A stretch of DNA of 64,000 nt from Octopus sinensis (Eukaryota), in assembly GCF_006345805.1 (NCBI RefSeq), contig NC_043012.1, positions 37,200,001 to 37,264,000 on the forward strand. Direction: 5' to 3'. Shown piece by piece: positions 48,600-63,222 of this stretch. Both the position numbers and the translations under genes were made by a program. How positions within the stretch are numbered: the stretch's first letter is position 1; every line of letters starts with the position of its first letter. The notes below the pieces were generated by a model. That model searched no databases, was not told the origin of the DNA, and worked only from the letters and a program-made list of their open reading frames with translations.

Positions 48600-50007
48600 A
48601 CAAGTGTTGAGTGTGTTATTTGCAAGAGCAGTGACATCAAAGCAACGAGTGTCTGCGGAGAAGAATATGAGAAAAGAGGAAAATGTTTACAGGACGAATA
48701 AAGAAGTGGAGGAGGGGAGGGGGAAATATATTAGTGATGCTAGAATGTGAATGGATGTTATTAAAAAGTGTTGTAAGGAAGAAGAAGAAAAAAATACCAT
48801 AATAATGTAATATTTATTAATAAAGCTTGAATGACAGAGAAGAAGTTAATTACGGCGTCACTGGTTGTGTTAGATAAGGGCGGCGGCGGAGGAGGAGGAG
48901 GAAGAGTGCTGATGGTGGCGGTGGTGGTGGTGGGGGGTCGTTGTCGTCGCCGCCGCCGCCGCACCATTGTTACTGTGTGATGACGCAGGGTGAGAGAAAG
49001 AGGAAGAAGAAGATGAAGAAAGGGGAAGGAGGAAGAGTGGGAGAAAGTGTAGAAGAGTGGACGAGATAAAGAGAGGGGAAAGTAAAGTAAAAGATTAGAA
49101 CAAGAGAAAGAGTAAAAGAAAATGATTGCGAGATAGAGTGGAGGAAGAAATAAAGAGGGAAGGCAGAATATGAGAGTGAGAGAAAGACGGATTTAGAAGG
49201 AAAAAGAGACATTAGAAACGGAGGTTAAGAGAGAAGTGAAAGAGTAAGGAAATGAGAGAGAAAAAAATGAGTGAGAGGAAGGGCAATGTCGTAAACGAGG
49301 GAAGAATGAGAGGAAGAGAGTATACACATGAAAGAGGGAAGTGAAAGAGTGAGAGTAAAGGAAGGAAGGAGGAAAGAGTAAGGGGAAGATAAAGGAAAAG
49401 ACTAAGAGGAAGATAAAAGAAAGGAAAGAGGGAAAAAGAAGTAAGAGAGTGAGTAGCAAAGCGAGAAGAGAAGAACGACAGGAAAGATAAACTAAGGAAA
49501 GAGAGGGAGGGAAAGAGTGAGAGGCAGAGTTAGTGAAGGAGTGTTGGCGGCGCCGCGTTATCGCTGGGAACAACGTCAGCAGCAGCAGCAGCAGCAAGTG
49601 TTGGGATGATGATGATAACGTTGATGATGTTGATGATGATGGCGGTGGTGGAGGAGGAGGAGGCAGTGGCTACCTGATGAACGGAGAAGACAACAGAAGC
49701 AGCCGTGGCTGGGAATAAGGCAAGGCCCATCGCTGCTACCTCCACTTTTTAAAAAACAACAACAAAAACAAAAAAACTGTGGTGTTTTTTTTTTTTTTTA
49801 CTTTTCAACCAAAAAAAAACATTTCTTCTTTTTGTCCGCACTTTTTTAAAAACTTTCCTTTAAATCTTACACACAACAAAAAAGGAGAAAAATAAACGAG
49901 AAGGAATTAAAAAGACACAAACAAATATATATAAAAATATAAGAAATTTTTTATTTAAAAAAAAAAAAAGGGCGAGGCGAGGCCAGTAATTGTTTTTTAA
50001 TTGTCAG
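48600..50007 (+). other. Probable long first exon / 5' leader of an unidentified gene (GGC/GGT/CAG triplet runs, GA-rich tract, uORFs)
   Basis: Follows the promoter. SINE-free and CpG-rich. Ends at a donor-like tgtcag|gtaggt (50007). Short ORFs such as MNGEDNRSSRGWE* (49677-49718). Strand is inferred. Confidence 0.35.
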
Positions 50008-51128
50008 GTAGGTGCGATGTTTCCTCTCTTTCCGTTTCTCTCTTTTTCCTCTGTATGTCACACGCAACAAACCTTTCATAATCAATTAGGGATCAATCGG
50101 GGGTACATTTACAGGGGTCTAAAACCAAAAGGACAGCTGTGTTTGTCAGCCGGAATCGGGTTGAAGCAAACCTAATTAAGCAGGACATCGGAATGTATCT
50201 CCATCTCTCGCTGCAACTGGTTGGTGTCGATGCCACAGACACACATAATTACTAAGGGTTGTTGCTTATGCTTTTTTTTTCAAACCATTTGCTGTCAACG
50301 ATCGCTGACCCCTTTACTCACTGCTTCGTCTTGACCCCTAAACTGCATAAAACACAGTACTTGATCGTGTAATTTTAAACATAAACGAAACCCCACCCCT
50401 TTAACAGGAAAGAAAAGAAAAAAAAGCCCCATTTTCTCTTAACATCGCAGCCACTTCAAAATGGATGACTCGTTTTTTTCATCTCGCTTCCTCACTTTGC
50501 AGCCTCTTTTCCTCACTTCAATACGTGTAAACACACAGAATTTCTACCCAGACTGGATCTGAGTTTGTTTGTAGTTTCGAAATATAATTAACGGGTAGAT
50601 TGTCGACGGGTCATTAACGGGTGGAGGGGGCCGAACTGTTGAACCAGAGTTGGCCTGTTTCAGATCTGTGTGTGTACACGCACATGGCTTGGTTGGTGTC
50701 GGGGGTAGGTCTTTCAGATGTGTGAACAACATTGGCACACATCTGGCCAGCTACCTCACCTCTATAGACACGTATATACACACGCATATATATACATATG
50801 TGTGCCAAATACAGTATATATATTATGTATATATATATACATATATCATATGTTGCATATATACATACTGTGGTGTTGTTTGTCTTGGCACATATATAGA
50901 CACATAAACACGTATATATATATATCTATATATATACCTACAATGTATAGTGCATGTGTTTTGTATGTGTATAAATAAATTTATATATCTATATATGTAA
51001 ACACATGAACATGTACATCTATATATCTCATATGTTGCATATATATATTGTGTAATATATGTGTGTGTATATATTTAAGACTATGATTTGAGGTTGTGTG
51101 TATGTATATATATATATATATATATATA

Positions 51129-51168
<40 letters not shown>

Positions 51169-51846
51169 AATATGTATCCTTTATTTATAAGGGTACATGA
51201 GTAATATGTTTAGTTTACAACAGGTAATTGTATGTGTATGTGTGGGGGAATGTACTGAGAATCGAGCCCTCAATCTCAGATCTCCTTATGGAGAAAAATA
51301 TGCTTAGAATTAGTCACAACATAGAGATATGTCCATCTATCTATCTATCATATTTATATAATGTACTATGCGCGCGTATATATATATTATAATATATATA
51401 TATGTACTGCGTGTGTGTGTGTGAGTCATGTTGTAAACACATTTTGAGAGGTGTGTATCACAATAGCTTTCCCATGACTCAATGTTATATATACACACAC
51501 AGACACTCGCACACAGATAACGGCAGGATTTTCAACTCTATGCACATACATACACACATGGATATATATGGTTGCTTTTATATAGTAAGGCTGGTTCTTG
51601 TAGACGCATATTTGGGAGGATATATCACCTAGATCACCGATATAGAAACGTCGACATACATATTTGAGTGTGTATATATGTGTGTGTGTTTACGTGTTTT
51701 TGTGTATATAGATATATGTGTGTGTGTATATATACTGTGGATTGTTGACAAAAAGTAGTTGATGATGAAATCTTTATAGTAAATACTGTCTTAAATGATG
51801 AATATATATTTACATATATGACAGCTGTGTACAAATATATATGTAT

Positions 51847-51884
<38 letters not shown>

Positions 51885-52506
51885 TTATGTATGTTTTTGT
51901 GTGTATATATATATATATATATACGTGTGTTGAATTTTGTAATAAATACGATTCGTTTTTGTATTGTTGATATTCATATACAATGCAATATCATATTGCT
52001 ATATATACAATACCATATCGTTTCATATACATATATGTATGCGCACACGTATATATATATATTTATATATATACCTCACACGCACATTCATACAATGCTA
52101 TATCGTGTTGCAGTATATATAACTATTATATTGTATTAATGTAGCGATGGTAATACTCAATAGTTAGTTTAAATAGATGCAGAGTCAAGCATAAGAATAT
52201 AAATAGACTCTAAACATCTAAATATATTATGAACATCGAATGTGTTGTCAACAACATAAATCCATGTGTAACGCACATTAAAATAGATATTCATATGAAC
52301 TTGAACGCTTTTGACGTATCCATGTTTCATATGTTACATAAACAATCATCAGTGGATTATCGATATGTTTTACAATCGAATACACACCCATAGACACACG
52401 TTGCCCTGTTTGTTGAAACATTAGTTGTGTCACTATCGTGTATTGGAAACTAAATTCCTGAGCTATCCACTTTGATTCAGCCAAATTCATTGACGACTAT
52501 AATACA

Positions 52507-52568
<62 letters not shown>

Positions 52569-53167
52569 CGTATGTTACATCCGTATATATATATTCTGTC
52601 TCAATGTTTGTGGACTGTTTTGTCTCCACAGTTTAACACTGGTTGTTGTGTTTAGTATGCAAATTACGGGCAGCTTTAGGGTGGAAACATTTATAAATTA
52701 CAACATGGGTCGGAGAAATTCTCGTTAAGCCATTGGACATCTGATGAGAAATCAATTATTATATAATAATGATAACAACACCAGTTATTATTATTGTTTC
52801 TAATTTTGGCACAAGGCCCGCAGTTTTAGGAGTAGGAGGGGTAGTGTTAATTATGTTGACCCCCAGTAGTCAGCTGGTACTTCGTGGAACCTAGAAGCAT
52901 TAAAGGCAAAATAGACGTTGGCGAGATTTGAAATTAGAAAGCAAAGAACTAGAAGGAATTCTATTAAGCATTTTATCTGATGCCTAAATAATAATAATAA
53001 TAATAATGGTTTCAAATTTTGCCACAAGGGCAGCCAATATGAGAGAGGGGATAAGATGATTGCATCGACCCCAGTGTTTCTCTGGTACTTGATTTATCGA
53101 CCCCAAAAGGATGAAAGGCACAGTCGACCTCGGCAGAATTTCAACTCTGAACGTTGCGACAGATGAA

Positions 53168-53205
<38 letters not shown>

Positions 53206-53342
53206 TAATAATAAGTGTAAACTGACAGTGGTTTCTAACGTACTTAGTCTCTGAAATATTGCAAAACTGCAACAAATTAGAATACCCAGATTTGTTTAGT
53301 TTTATTCAGTATTTGATTCATATATATATATGAATAGATATG

Positions 53343-53378
<36 letters not shown>

Positions 53379-54514
53379 GTGAATAGATATGTTCATATTT
53401 ATATATACACACATGATTATTGCATATATATATATATATATGGAGACATAAACAAGGTCTGGGCTATTTAGAGGAAGAAAATTGGTGTACGAGCCAACAA
53501 GTGAGTGTTTATGTGGTCCCTCAACTGCTAGAAGAAGCAGCAAAGTCTCCTTCAAATCTCAGACAACAGTCTTACATAAGGGCAGTATGATCATATCTGG
53601 GAGATGTTGAACTGTAGTTCTTGCTTGCATAACGTTGACCCGGGGCTAAACAACAACTAACCAACCAACTGCTGCTGCTGCTATTACTACAATAGTAAAC
53701 AGCGACAACTACAAACGTTAGTATGGGGGGGGGGTGCTCGTGTGTGAGAAGAAGACCTTGGAACACACGAACCAACTGATGCTGGTGGCTAGCATTATTA
53801 TGTTGTCTGCGATATGTCACAAGCGCTCGTCCTTCGTTGCTGCTGGCTTCACTAACCGATATCCCGACCCTCCACCACCCTCTGCTCTTCCCCCCCCTCC
53901 ATTCACGCAGTCACTGTCTCTCCTGTCTTCCTTTTCCCCCTCTCCTTCCCTCCTTCCTCTCCATATAATATTGTCACACAGAACCATCTTACCTGCACTG
54001 TCACCATTCCTTTTCGCAAACACTATTAGATGGCATCTTGGTGCACATTTTTTTATTTCTCGCTTTTTTTTCACTTATTTGGTTCTGTTTCTACAGGCTG
54101 ACCGTTTTTATCACTTCCGTGGCGATTTTCATTTTGAAATCAATACCTCATGCCAAGCAGCCAACATACACACACACACACACACATATATTTGTGATTA
54201 CGATTCTCTGTGTGTATATGAACATCTCATTCAATAGGGGCAACTATCGCTCAGTAGGAACCACCATTAAGGCGTGTAGTCTAAGCTTCTATTTGATTCA
54301 TCTTTAACAAGCTCATTGCAGCCTGTTGCAATGTTCTAGACTAGACGTGCACCTTGTCTTTACCTGATCTTAATTTTCAGAAATTACCCTGGTTTTGTTG
54401 GGTTTTTTTTTGTCTCTAGTTTTGGTTTTTTTTCTTCATAGAAAATTAGGTTTGTAATTCTTAAGATTTGAAACTATTTATCAGTTGAAATATCTGTGCA
54501 TAATATATAATTTG

Positions 54515-54520
54515 GAAAGC

Positions 54521-54562
<42 letters not shown>

Positions 54563-54655
54563 TACACATGCACATATATATAGTATGTTATATTCGTGTA
54601 TGTATATATATATATATATAATTGTATATATGGACATATGTATGTGTATACATGC

Positions 54656-54699
<44 letters not shown>

Positions 54700-54893
54700 G
54701 TATATATATATATATATATACATGCATATGTATATATAGATGCATATATATGTATATATATATATATATATATACATGCATATATATATATATAGATGCA
54801 TATATATATGTATATATATATAGATGCATATATATATGTATATATATATATATACATGCATATGTATATATAGATGCATATATATATATATAT
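54515..54893. repeat. (TA)n-based compound microsatellite with tgca interruptions
   Basis: Visible. Confidence 0.95.
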
Positions 54894-56899
54894 GCTGAAC
54901 CGCTGAGTTACGGGGACATAAACACACCAACATTGGTTGTTGAGCGACACACACATATATGATGGGCTTCTTTCAATTTCCATCTACCAAGTCCACTCAC
55001 AAAGCTTTGGTTGGCCCAAGGCTATAGTAAAAGACACTAGCCCAAGGTGCCACGCAGTGGGATTGAACCCAGAACCATGTGGTTGGGAAGCAAACTTCTT
55101 ACCACACAGCCACGACTTCATGATGATGAAGGCACATGGCCTAGTGGTTGGAATGTTGTGCTCGTGATTGCAAGATTGTGGTTTCCATTCCCAGATTAGC
55201 AGTGTGTTGTGTTCTTGGTCCAAGCATTTCATTTCCTGTTGTCGTTCCAGGCCATGGCCACTCAACTATAAATGGCTAATCCGGCGACAGACCAGTATCC
55301 TGTTCAGGAGGGATGTTGGCCTACCCCCATCTGGCCAGTGTGGTGGCCTCATTCAAAAGCTTAGAAGTGCATTGTGATCAGTGGTGTGTAACGACATCTC
55401 ATAGTCTGGATCAATATGGTTCAATATATCTGCTAATGTTGAACAGTGAGAATGAGTGAATAGATATGCTTCATTTGTCAGTTAACAAGGCAACCATTGG
55501 TTTTATGTAGAGAAATCTCTTGACAATTATCAAACCTGCCATATGGGAACTTTGGTGCTCTTGTCTCCATCCAAGATTGGTTGCTGGTTGCCTTGTTAAC
55601 CCACGAATAAAGTGTGTGTGTGTGTATGTATATATGTATTTACATGTTGCCATCATTATTGTTTTGACATTCACTTTTCCATGTTAGGATGGGTGGGCCA
55701 CATAAGATTCATTGTGGCAAATTCCCTATGGCATGATTCTCTTCTTGTTGTCAAGCCTCGTTCCTCTGGTCCTTCAGTTTCTTTGCTAGTTGTTGGTTTG
55801 TAAAAGTGCACACTGTTTTATTGACTCTGTTTCATTACAAGTATATGTTTGTGTTTTAGTCATTATGTTAGTATTTCTCAAGCAGTGTTTAAATACATTT
55901 GCTTATGCCGTTGACACCATTTGATTCATTGGTACTTGTTAGTGTCGAAACCACAAGGATTTCTGATGGAGCAGCTGATGATGGAATGTCTTTATTTAGA
56001 TAAATTTTGTTGTCATTGTATTATATAGTTGTTTGTACATTCCTCTTCTTTTACATTTCCATTTTTTCTTCGTTTATTCTTTGGTGCAGTTCAACATATC
56101 ACTGTCATCCTTCTTTGCCATCCTACATGTAGTAAGGTTCTTCCAATGTCTTGTATGGGTCTAGGTTTGGTTGCACTTGTTTCTGTTGGCCATTATTTCA
56201 TTTTAGTGTTCAGGGATTATATGAGTCATTTACCTAATTAGATCTAGATGAAGCTTTTAGTTCGTTATTGCTTGTCAGGAATTTAGTGATTACAGGAGTA
56301 ATTAGGTTAGACATTCACTAGTAATTACATTATGATGGATATGTGACTCACACCTACATACACATGCATAAATACATGTGTTTGTGTACCTATTTATGAA
56401 TACATGTGGATAAATGAGCATTGCATTTGACGGTAATCTGAGTAATAAAGGGTCAAGACATACAAAAGTAGAGCTATTTCCATACATTTCTGTATTTCCT
56501 CAGAAGTGAGGGTCATGCCCTCGGTGTTAGTAAAATGTCCCCTATATTGCACATCTCTATTTGATTGCCATCCACTTTACCTAGTGCTGTGGGTGCATTT
56601 TATCATTATACCCCTGTTGTATTGGTCCTACGATAAGATGCACTTTGACCTGTGTCTATAGTGAACGATGATGATGATGACGACGGAACGCAAAGAGTGG
56701 AGGTTAATGAAGGTCCTTTACTTGCATCATGGACCTGACAACCTCTCTAGTGCTGGTGCCATGAAAAAACGCACCCAATACATTGTGCACTGTCTTTGGT
56801 GGTACGAAGGCCATCCAGTTGTATAAACTATGCCATACATGGGACATGGGAGCAACAAATGTGTTTCTGACTCCACATAGGGTAGTAACTTTGACTAAG

Positions 56900-57432
56900 G
56901 ATTGTATCAGGCTATGATGATTCATCTGACCCATGCCAGCATTGAAAAGCAGATCGTAGCACCCAAGCCAGTGGAACGTTAAAAGTACATCCGAGCATGA
57001 TCATTGCCAGGGCCATGGATTGGCTCCTGTGCTGGTGGCATGTAAAAAGCACCATTAGAGCGTGGTTGTTGCCAGCGTCGCCTTACCAGGACGTGTGCCG
57101 GTGGCACATGAAAAGCAACATTTGAGCATGGTTGTTGCCAGTGCTGCCGGACTGGCTCCTGTGCAGGTGGTATGTAAAAAGCACCTTTTGAGCGTGGTCG
57201 TTACCAGAACTGCCTGACTGGCCCTCGTGCCGGTGGCATGTAAAAGCATCCACTACACTCTCAGGATGGTTGGCGTTAGGAAGGGCAGCCAGCTGTAGAA
57301 ACTTTGCCAGATCAGAACTGGAGCCTAGTGCAGCCTTCTGGCTCACCAGTTCTCAGTCAAGCCATCCAACCCATGCCAGCATGGAAAGCAGATGTTAAAC
57401 AACGACGACTATGATGATGATGATGATGATGA
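56900..57432 (+). mobile_element. 5'-truncated RTE 3'-UTR copy with ~62-bp internal tandem repeats (other tail copies at 715-870, 3640-3900, 28090-28290, 43800-44155)
   Basis: Shares the aggaagggcatccagctgtagaaac...aacccatgccagcatggaa...gatgatgat tail with the 40-42 kb RTE. Confidence 0.7.
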
Positions 57433-60400
57433 TATATCTTTGAAAAGATGGAATTCGAAGAGGGCCTTGGTGGGATTTGAACTCAGTACATAAACAGCTG
57501 GACGAAACACCACAAGGCATTTTCACCTGACAATCATGTGAATCCACTGGCAATGAGAAGTTTTGCATAAAACTGCTTTTCGGTTAATGGCTTGAAGGGC
57601 CAAGATTAAATAGTAGGTCCTACTTTGGTTAGATAGCAGGGAACTGAGGTAAATAAGGGTTCTTAATACATGTTAACTTCATACTGGTATTGTTCTGGAT
57701 ACCTGTTTTATCTCCCTATCCTCACAACAGCACCACTGAAATCTATACCAGTGATACACTGGTGTTCATTTATTGTGTTCCATGTGTGTTTTCCTTCATA
57801 TCTTACCAAATCGCTTTTGATATTTTGTTTCATATTCATAAGTGACATGTTTATCTTTGACTTGTTTCAGTCATTTGACTGTGGCCATGCTGGGGCACCG
57901 CCTTGAAGAATTTTTACTCAAATGAATTGACCTCAGTACTTTTATTTTTTGGTTAAAACTTGGTACTTATTTTATTGATCTGTTTTGATGAACTTTTAAG
58001 TTATGGGGACATAAACACACCAACACTGGCTGTCAACACAGACACAAAAATACACACTCACGCACGGGCACAGTCTCACATACATATGATGGGCTTCTTT
58101 CAATTTCCATCTACCAAATTCACTCGCAAGGTTTTGACCTTTGATCGGCCTGAGGCTATTGTACTAGACACCCCATGTGTCATGCAATGGGACTGAACCA
58201 AGAACCATGTAATTGGGAAGCAAGCTTCTTACCATACAACCACTCCTTTTTGCTGAACAATTTTTTTAAAAAATGAACCCCATCCCCCCCCGCACATACA
58301 GGAAAACCAGCACAACTTCTCTTCGCTTCACTGACCTCACTCTATGGTCCATGGCCAAAGACCTATGTTGCACTGGTTTAATACTGAATGTCACTCATTT
58401 CACTCTCTCTTTCTCTCACTCTCAATGAGCAACTGGTTTCTTTAAATTGAGAAATTTGTAGTAATGTCATGTTAATATTTGATTTCATTAAAGAATTCAT
58501 TCAACCATATCTGTTTATGGGTGGAGACTTACACACCAGGTGAATTTCATAATTGCTACCAGCCAGCTATTGTTGGGGGTGTTGTTATTATTTTCACCAT
58601 CACCACCACCACCACTACTACTACTTCTACTACCATCACTATTACTGATGGTGTGGTGGATCCGGAGAATATTTGGAGCGTTGGAGAAAATGCTTTGCGA
58701 TATTTATTCCCAGCTGAAGGTGGTGAACTGGCAGAATTGTGAACATGCCGGACAAAATGCTTAGTGGCATTTCATCTGTCTTTACGTTCTGAGTTCAAAT
58801 TTTGTCGAGGTCAACTGTGCTTTTCATCCTTTCTGGGTTGATAAATTAAGTTGAACATTGGGACCGCCAAATGGCTGCCCTGTGGCAAAATTTGTAACCT
58901 CTATTATTATTATTGAGTGAGAGAGCAGTGCATGCCATCAAAGTGACGCTGGAGTAAAATATACAAAGTCCAATATACCCATCATGACTACCTGTCTGGT
59001 AAGGCTACACCAAGTACATGTTCACAACCATATGTACACAACATGGTGATCTTATATCAAGATAAACAGTGCATAACCTCGCAGGTGGGGCCCAATTTTC
59101 TTTAGGTCGAGTAACCCAATCCACTCAAATGGTCCCTGAATAAGGGTTGTTTAGGGATGTTGAACGAAACACCCCTGTTTCCAAAGGTGAATTATTCAAA
59201 CCCTAAAGAATCCCTCTCAACACATGGCTATGATGCTCCCCCACTACTTCTGATCGTGATCAGAGATGCACATATCGTCAGCCACTAAGGGACATGCTCA
59301 ACTGGTTACGGTCAAACAACTGACAAGCAAATCTGTGGTATTGAGCAGAATATTTGCTGTAGCCCATCTTTTATACCAAGACAAAACAATGTACATGATA
59401 ACACTTCCAATCAGTTAAGATCAGAAGCCATGAGAGCCACAGCCTAGAACTGCATAATAATATTATTATGATGCAGACTTACCATGGACATTTAGAATAT
59501 TGGATGATGTCAGATTCTCACCGTAGTGGATACTGCAGAAGGTGGAAAGTCATCCTTTGCATTCTGTTGCAGGTTTGTTGAGGGTATATGTGATGATGGC
59601 GTGGTCATGTTTTTGGGTGTCTATAAGGACAGTAGAAGCTGTCTTTTCAGGAGGACTTCTAGGTCAGAGATTATTGACAAATTCCAGAAGTCCTTGGCCT
59701 ACAAAGATGCATCACCCGTTTGGAGCAAGGTTCTACAGGCACTGACAGACAGGTCTATCTTGTAGACAAACTTGTCTAAAATGTGTGCAGAGTGATAAAA
59801 CTGTGTTGCACATGCTTTTTTCAGTGTTTATTGTTTGCCAGTTTGTGGACTGGTACCAAAGCACTAGTTTTGCATGTTGAATAGCTCTGGTTATCTACCA
59901 AATTTATTGTGAAAATCTACCTGCTGCCCTTCACTGGCAAGGAAGAACAGCTAGCTCAGTGGCTGTAGTGAATGAAGCTGTGTAATGAGCATAGTTAAAA
60001 TGTTTGGAGATGGGGCATTTCCTCTATTGTTAAGTCCTCATCAGCTTCTTCAAGTAGCACATGAAAAGGGTAGAGAGAGCAGCACAACCCTCTTGTGTGA
60101 GTGTGAACATTAAGGTTGGTGATTCTAGATGGGCCCACTCTGAAATTACAGCTGTAAACAAGAGCCAAGAAACTGGAAGAGGACAGTGTTGGCTTTGATA
60201 CGTCAGAGAATGGTCAAACTTTTGTGTTGGGGTTTTCTTCTGTTTTGCCCTTGGTAGTTGTCCACCATTGTTGGAGATTTTTTTTCTTGTTGATGTTTTA
60301 TTATTACCTATTTTCATTAATTTTGGTTGTAAATATCCATTGTATTAATTTTTGTTCTCGTGCTTTCTGCAATTTCTTGGGCTCCTCTGGCCAATAAAAG

Positions 60401-60556
60401 AAATTATTATTATTATTATCATTATTCTGCCGAGGTCAACTTAGCCTTTCATCCTTTCAGGCTCAATGAAATAAGTACTGGTTGAGTACTGGGGTCGATG
60501 TAATCGACTAGCCTCCTCCCTCAAAATTTCAGGCCTTGTGCCTATAATGGAAAGGA

Positions 60557-60923
60557 TTACTACCTCCACCTGCAAGGCGGAGGTATTGTTTTTGATTGTG
60601 TTTGTTTGTTTGTCCGTGGACAAGAAGATATCTCAAGAACTGCTCGATGGATTCGGATGAATCTTTCAAGGATGTTTGGCCTCATGACTGGCACAAATTG
60701 ATCAGATTGTGGAATCCATCTCGTACCAGACAAGGATTTGGGATTATTTTTCCCACTTTTTTACTTAATTTTTGAGAGCGGTCAGGTTCATTTTTAGTAT
60801 TCTCGTTTGTGGGAGCAGTTGAGTTTATTTCAGATATTCTCATTTTAAACATTATCTCTGGCTAATCACTGAGACAACATTGGTGTTGTCTTGGCAGAGG
60901 TTTGCACTCTCTGAGTGCTCTTA
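60557..60923 (-). mobile_element. Second copy of the Helentron/HINE-like mini-element
   Basis: Reverse complement of 30461-30827, including hairpin tacctccacc-tgcaa-ggcggaggta. Confidence 0.55.
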
Positions 60924-63061
60924 TTATTGTTATCATTATTATTATGAAAAAGGCAGGAAGCTGGTAGAATCATTAGCATGCCGGGTAAAATTCTTAGCAA
61001 CATTTCATCTGCTTTTGCATTCTGAGTTCAAATTCCACCATGGTTGATTAACCTTTCATCCTTTTGGTACCAGTTGAGTACAGCGGGGATTTGGGTTGAT
61101 AAAATTGACTTATACTTTCACCCCTGAAATTGCTGGCCTTGTGTCAAAATTTGAAATTACTGTTGTTTTATTATAGGTGTAGACATGGCTGTGGGATTTA
61201 GAAGTTTACCTTTCAATCACTTGATTTCAGGTTCGATCCCTGTGCATGGCACCTTATGCAAATTTCTTCTGCTTTCTACTCGAGTCCTGAGTCAACCAAA
61301 ACCTTGTGAGCAGGTTTGATTGATGGAAACTGAAAGAAGCCCAACATGTCTACTGCCACACATTTATTTATTGACATTCTTGTATCCATGAACATGTGTC
61401 TGTTGTAAACATTGGAGTGGTGAGGTGGAGACTTACATGCATGTCTTAGCACCATTACAGGCCCCTGAGAGAATCAATGCACTGGGCCCTATAATATTTA
61501 TTTGACAGTAAGCAACAATATATACATGGATCAGAATTGGGCCCCTAGACCTCATTGTTATCATCATCATCATCGTTGTTATCATTATCATCATTGACAC
61601 TGGATATGACTGTTTTGAGTTCTATGACTCGTAGGGTTGGTAATCTGGTTTCCATGGCATACAAGCGACCCAGGCCATAACGTGCTTCCTGCTTTGAGGA
61701 GCCAGACTGTCAGCCACTGGGCTACCCACTTACAGCCAAGTGGACTGGGGCAGTGTAAAAGGAAATGTTTTACACAAGAACGCAGTGCACTGCCCCGTGC
61801 AGGAATTGATACCATGATCTTGTGAATGCAAGTGAAACACCTTAACCACTTAGCCATGCTGGTTGGTAGCTACCACAATATGAAATCAGTATCTATCTCG
61901 TCAGCTTGTGGTCCCAGGTTCAACTCCACTTGACAGCTTGACAGTTACCATAACATGTTCTCCAGCATTGACGCTTGCAGATGGGAATGGTCTGTCTCAT
62001 TGTTTTGTTTCTTGAAGTTCTTTCTTTGAATATCTTTTACCGATGTTTGCTTCTGTTTGTTTAATAAGTTGTTCTATTTCTTACTTGTTTCAGTTTTGGT
62101 CCGCGGCCATACTGGGGCACAGCCTTGAAGGGCTTTTAGTCGAACTTGTTGATCCTATTACTTATTTGTTCTCTTTTTTAAGCCTGGTACTTGTTTTATC
62201 ATTCTCTTTTGCCGAACTGATAAGTTATGAGGACATAAACACACAAACACCTGTTGTCGAGCGGTGGTGAGAGACAATCACAGACGCAAAGACACACACA
62301 GACAGACACAAAATTACACACAAACACACACACACAACTGGTGTCTTTCAGTTTCTGTCCACCAAATCTGCTCACAAGGCTTTGGCCAACATGAAGCTAT
62401 AGTGGAAAACTACTTGCCCAAGATGTCATGCCATGGGATTGAACCCACCCCGGGACTATGTGCTTGGTGGTTGGGAAGCATACTTCTTACCACGCAGCCA
62501 CGCCTGCTTGTTGATTTTATTTATGAAACCCAATTCTTTGAATGACCTAAAACGGTCAACTGATACTTTGGTACATTCAATCCTACAAACACATTCTGTG
62601 GCGTTGAGTAATCATTTAGAAGGAGGATACTCTTGGTTTGTATGGTGAGACATTTACTATGAAATGCCTTTCCTAGAGACACAAGAGAATGCTGCCGGCA
62701 GCGTAATTTGATCTCTTGACCTACATGTTTCTAGTCCACATTCCACTTGTACAAATATTTGACATTATTTACTCCACAAACAAAAGACCATATTGCAAAC
62801 TCAAACACACACACAAACTACACACAATATATATGTCATCATGTTCACATCATCATCATTTAATATTCCATCTTCTATGCTACATTGAGTTGGATGGTTT
62901 GATTGCAGCTGGTAAGCCAAAGGACTGCACCAAGGTCCACCGTCTTCTTCGGGTTGGTTTTTTTATGGCTGGTTGCCCTTCTTAATGTCAGCCACTTTAC
63001 ACAGTGGACCAGTGAGGTCTGTTCGGCATCAGTCGCCATGATAGATCATTAGCCACTACAC

Positions 63062-63222
63062 ATGTTTTTTTCTCTCCTTGTTTTTTCTGTGCCCCTTTCT
63101 GTAGAAGAGCGTAGGCTCGAAACGTAAAAGACTTTTTCTATTCCTGAGAGTTATACTAATACATCTATTTGTTTTCTACACCACCTGTCTTCGTCTTTTG
63201 TTTTTTTCATAAACTCTCCCTA
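63062..63222 (+). mobile_element. (TA)n-associated mini-element with variant hammerhead motif (CUGUAGA core)
   Basis: CUUU-CUGUAGA-AGAGC-GUAG-GCUC-GAAAC-GUA-AAAG (63095-63130). Homologous copy at 315-480. Confidence 0.6.

Noticed and set aside
54481-54983. Tyr/Ile-rich ORFs of 100-157 aa
   Set aside because: Translations of (TA)n microsatellite.
55750-56300. Possible decayed Penelope-like coding fragment
   Set aside because: Too degenerate to assign without a profile search.
59482-60330. Exon-like block ending at a gtaagt donor
   Set aside because: Stops in all three minus frames; the composition suggests a decayed LINE.
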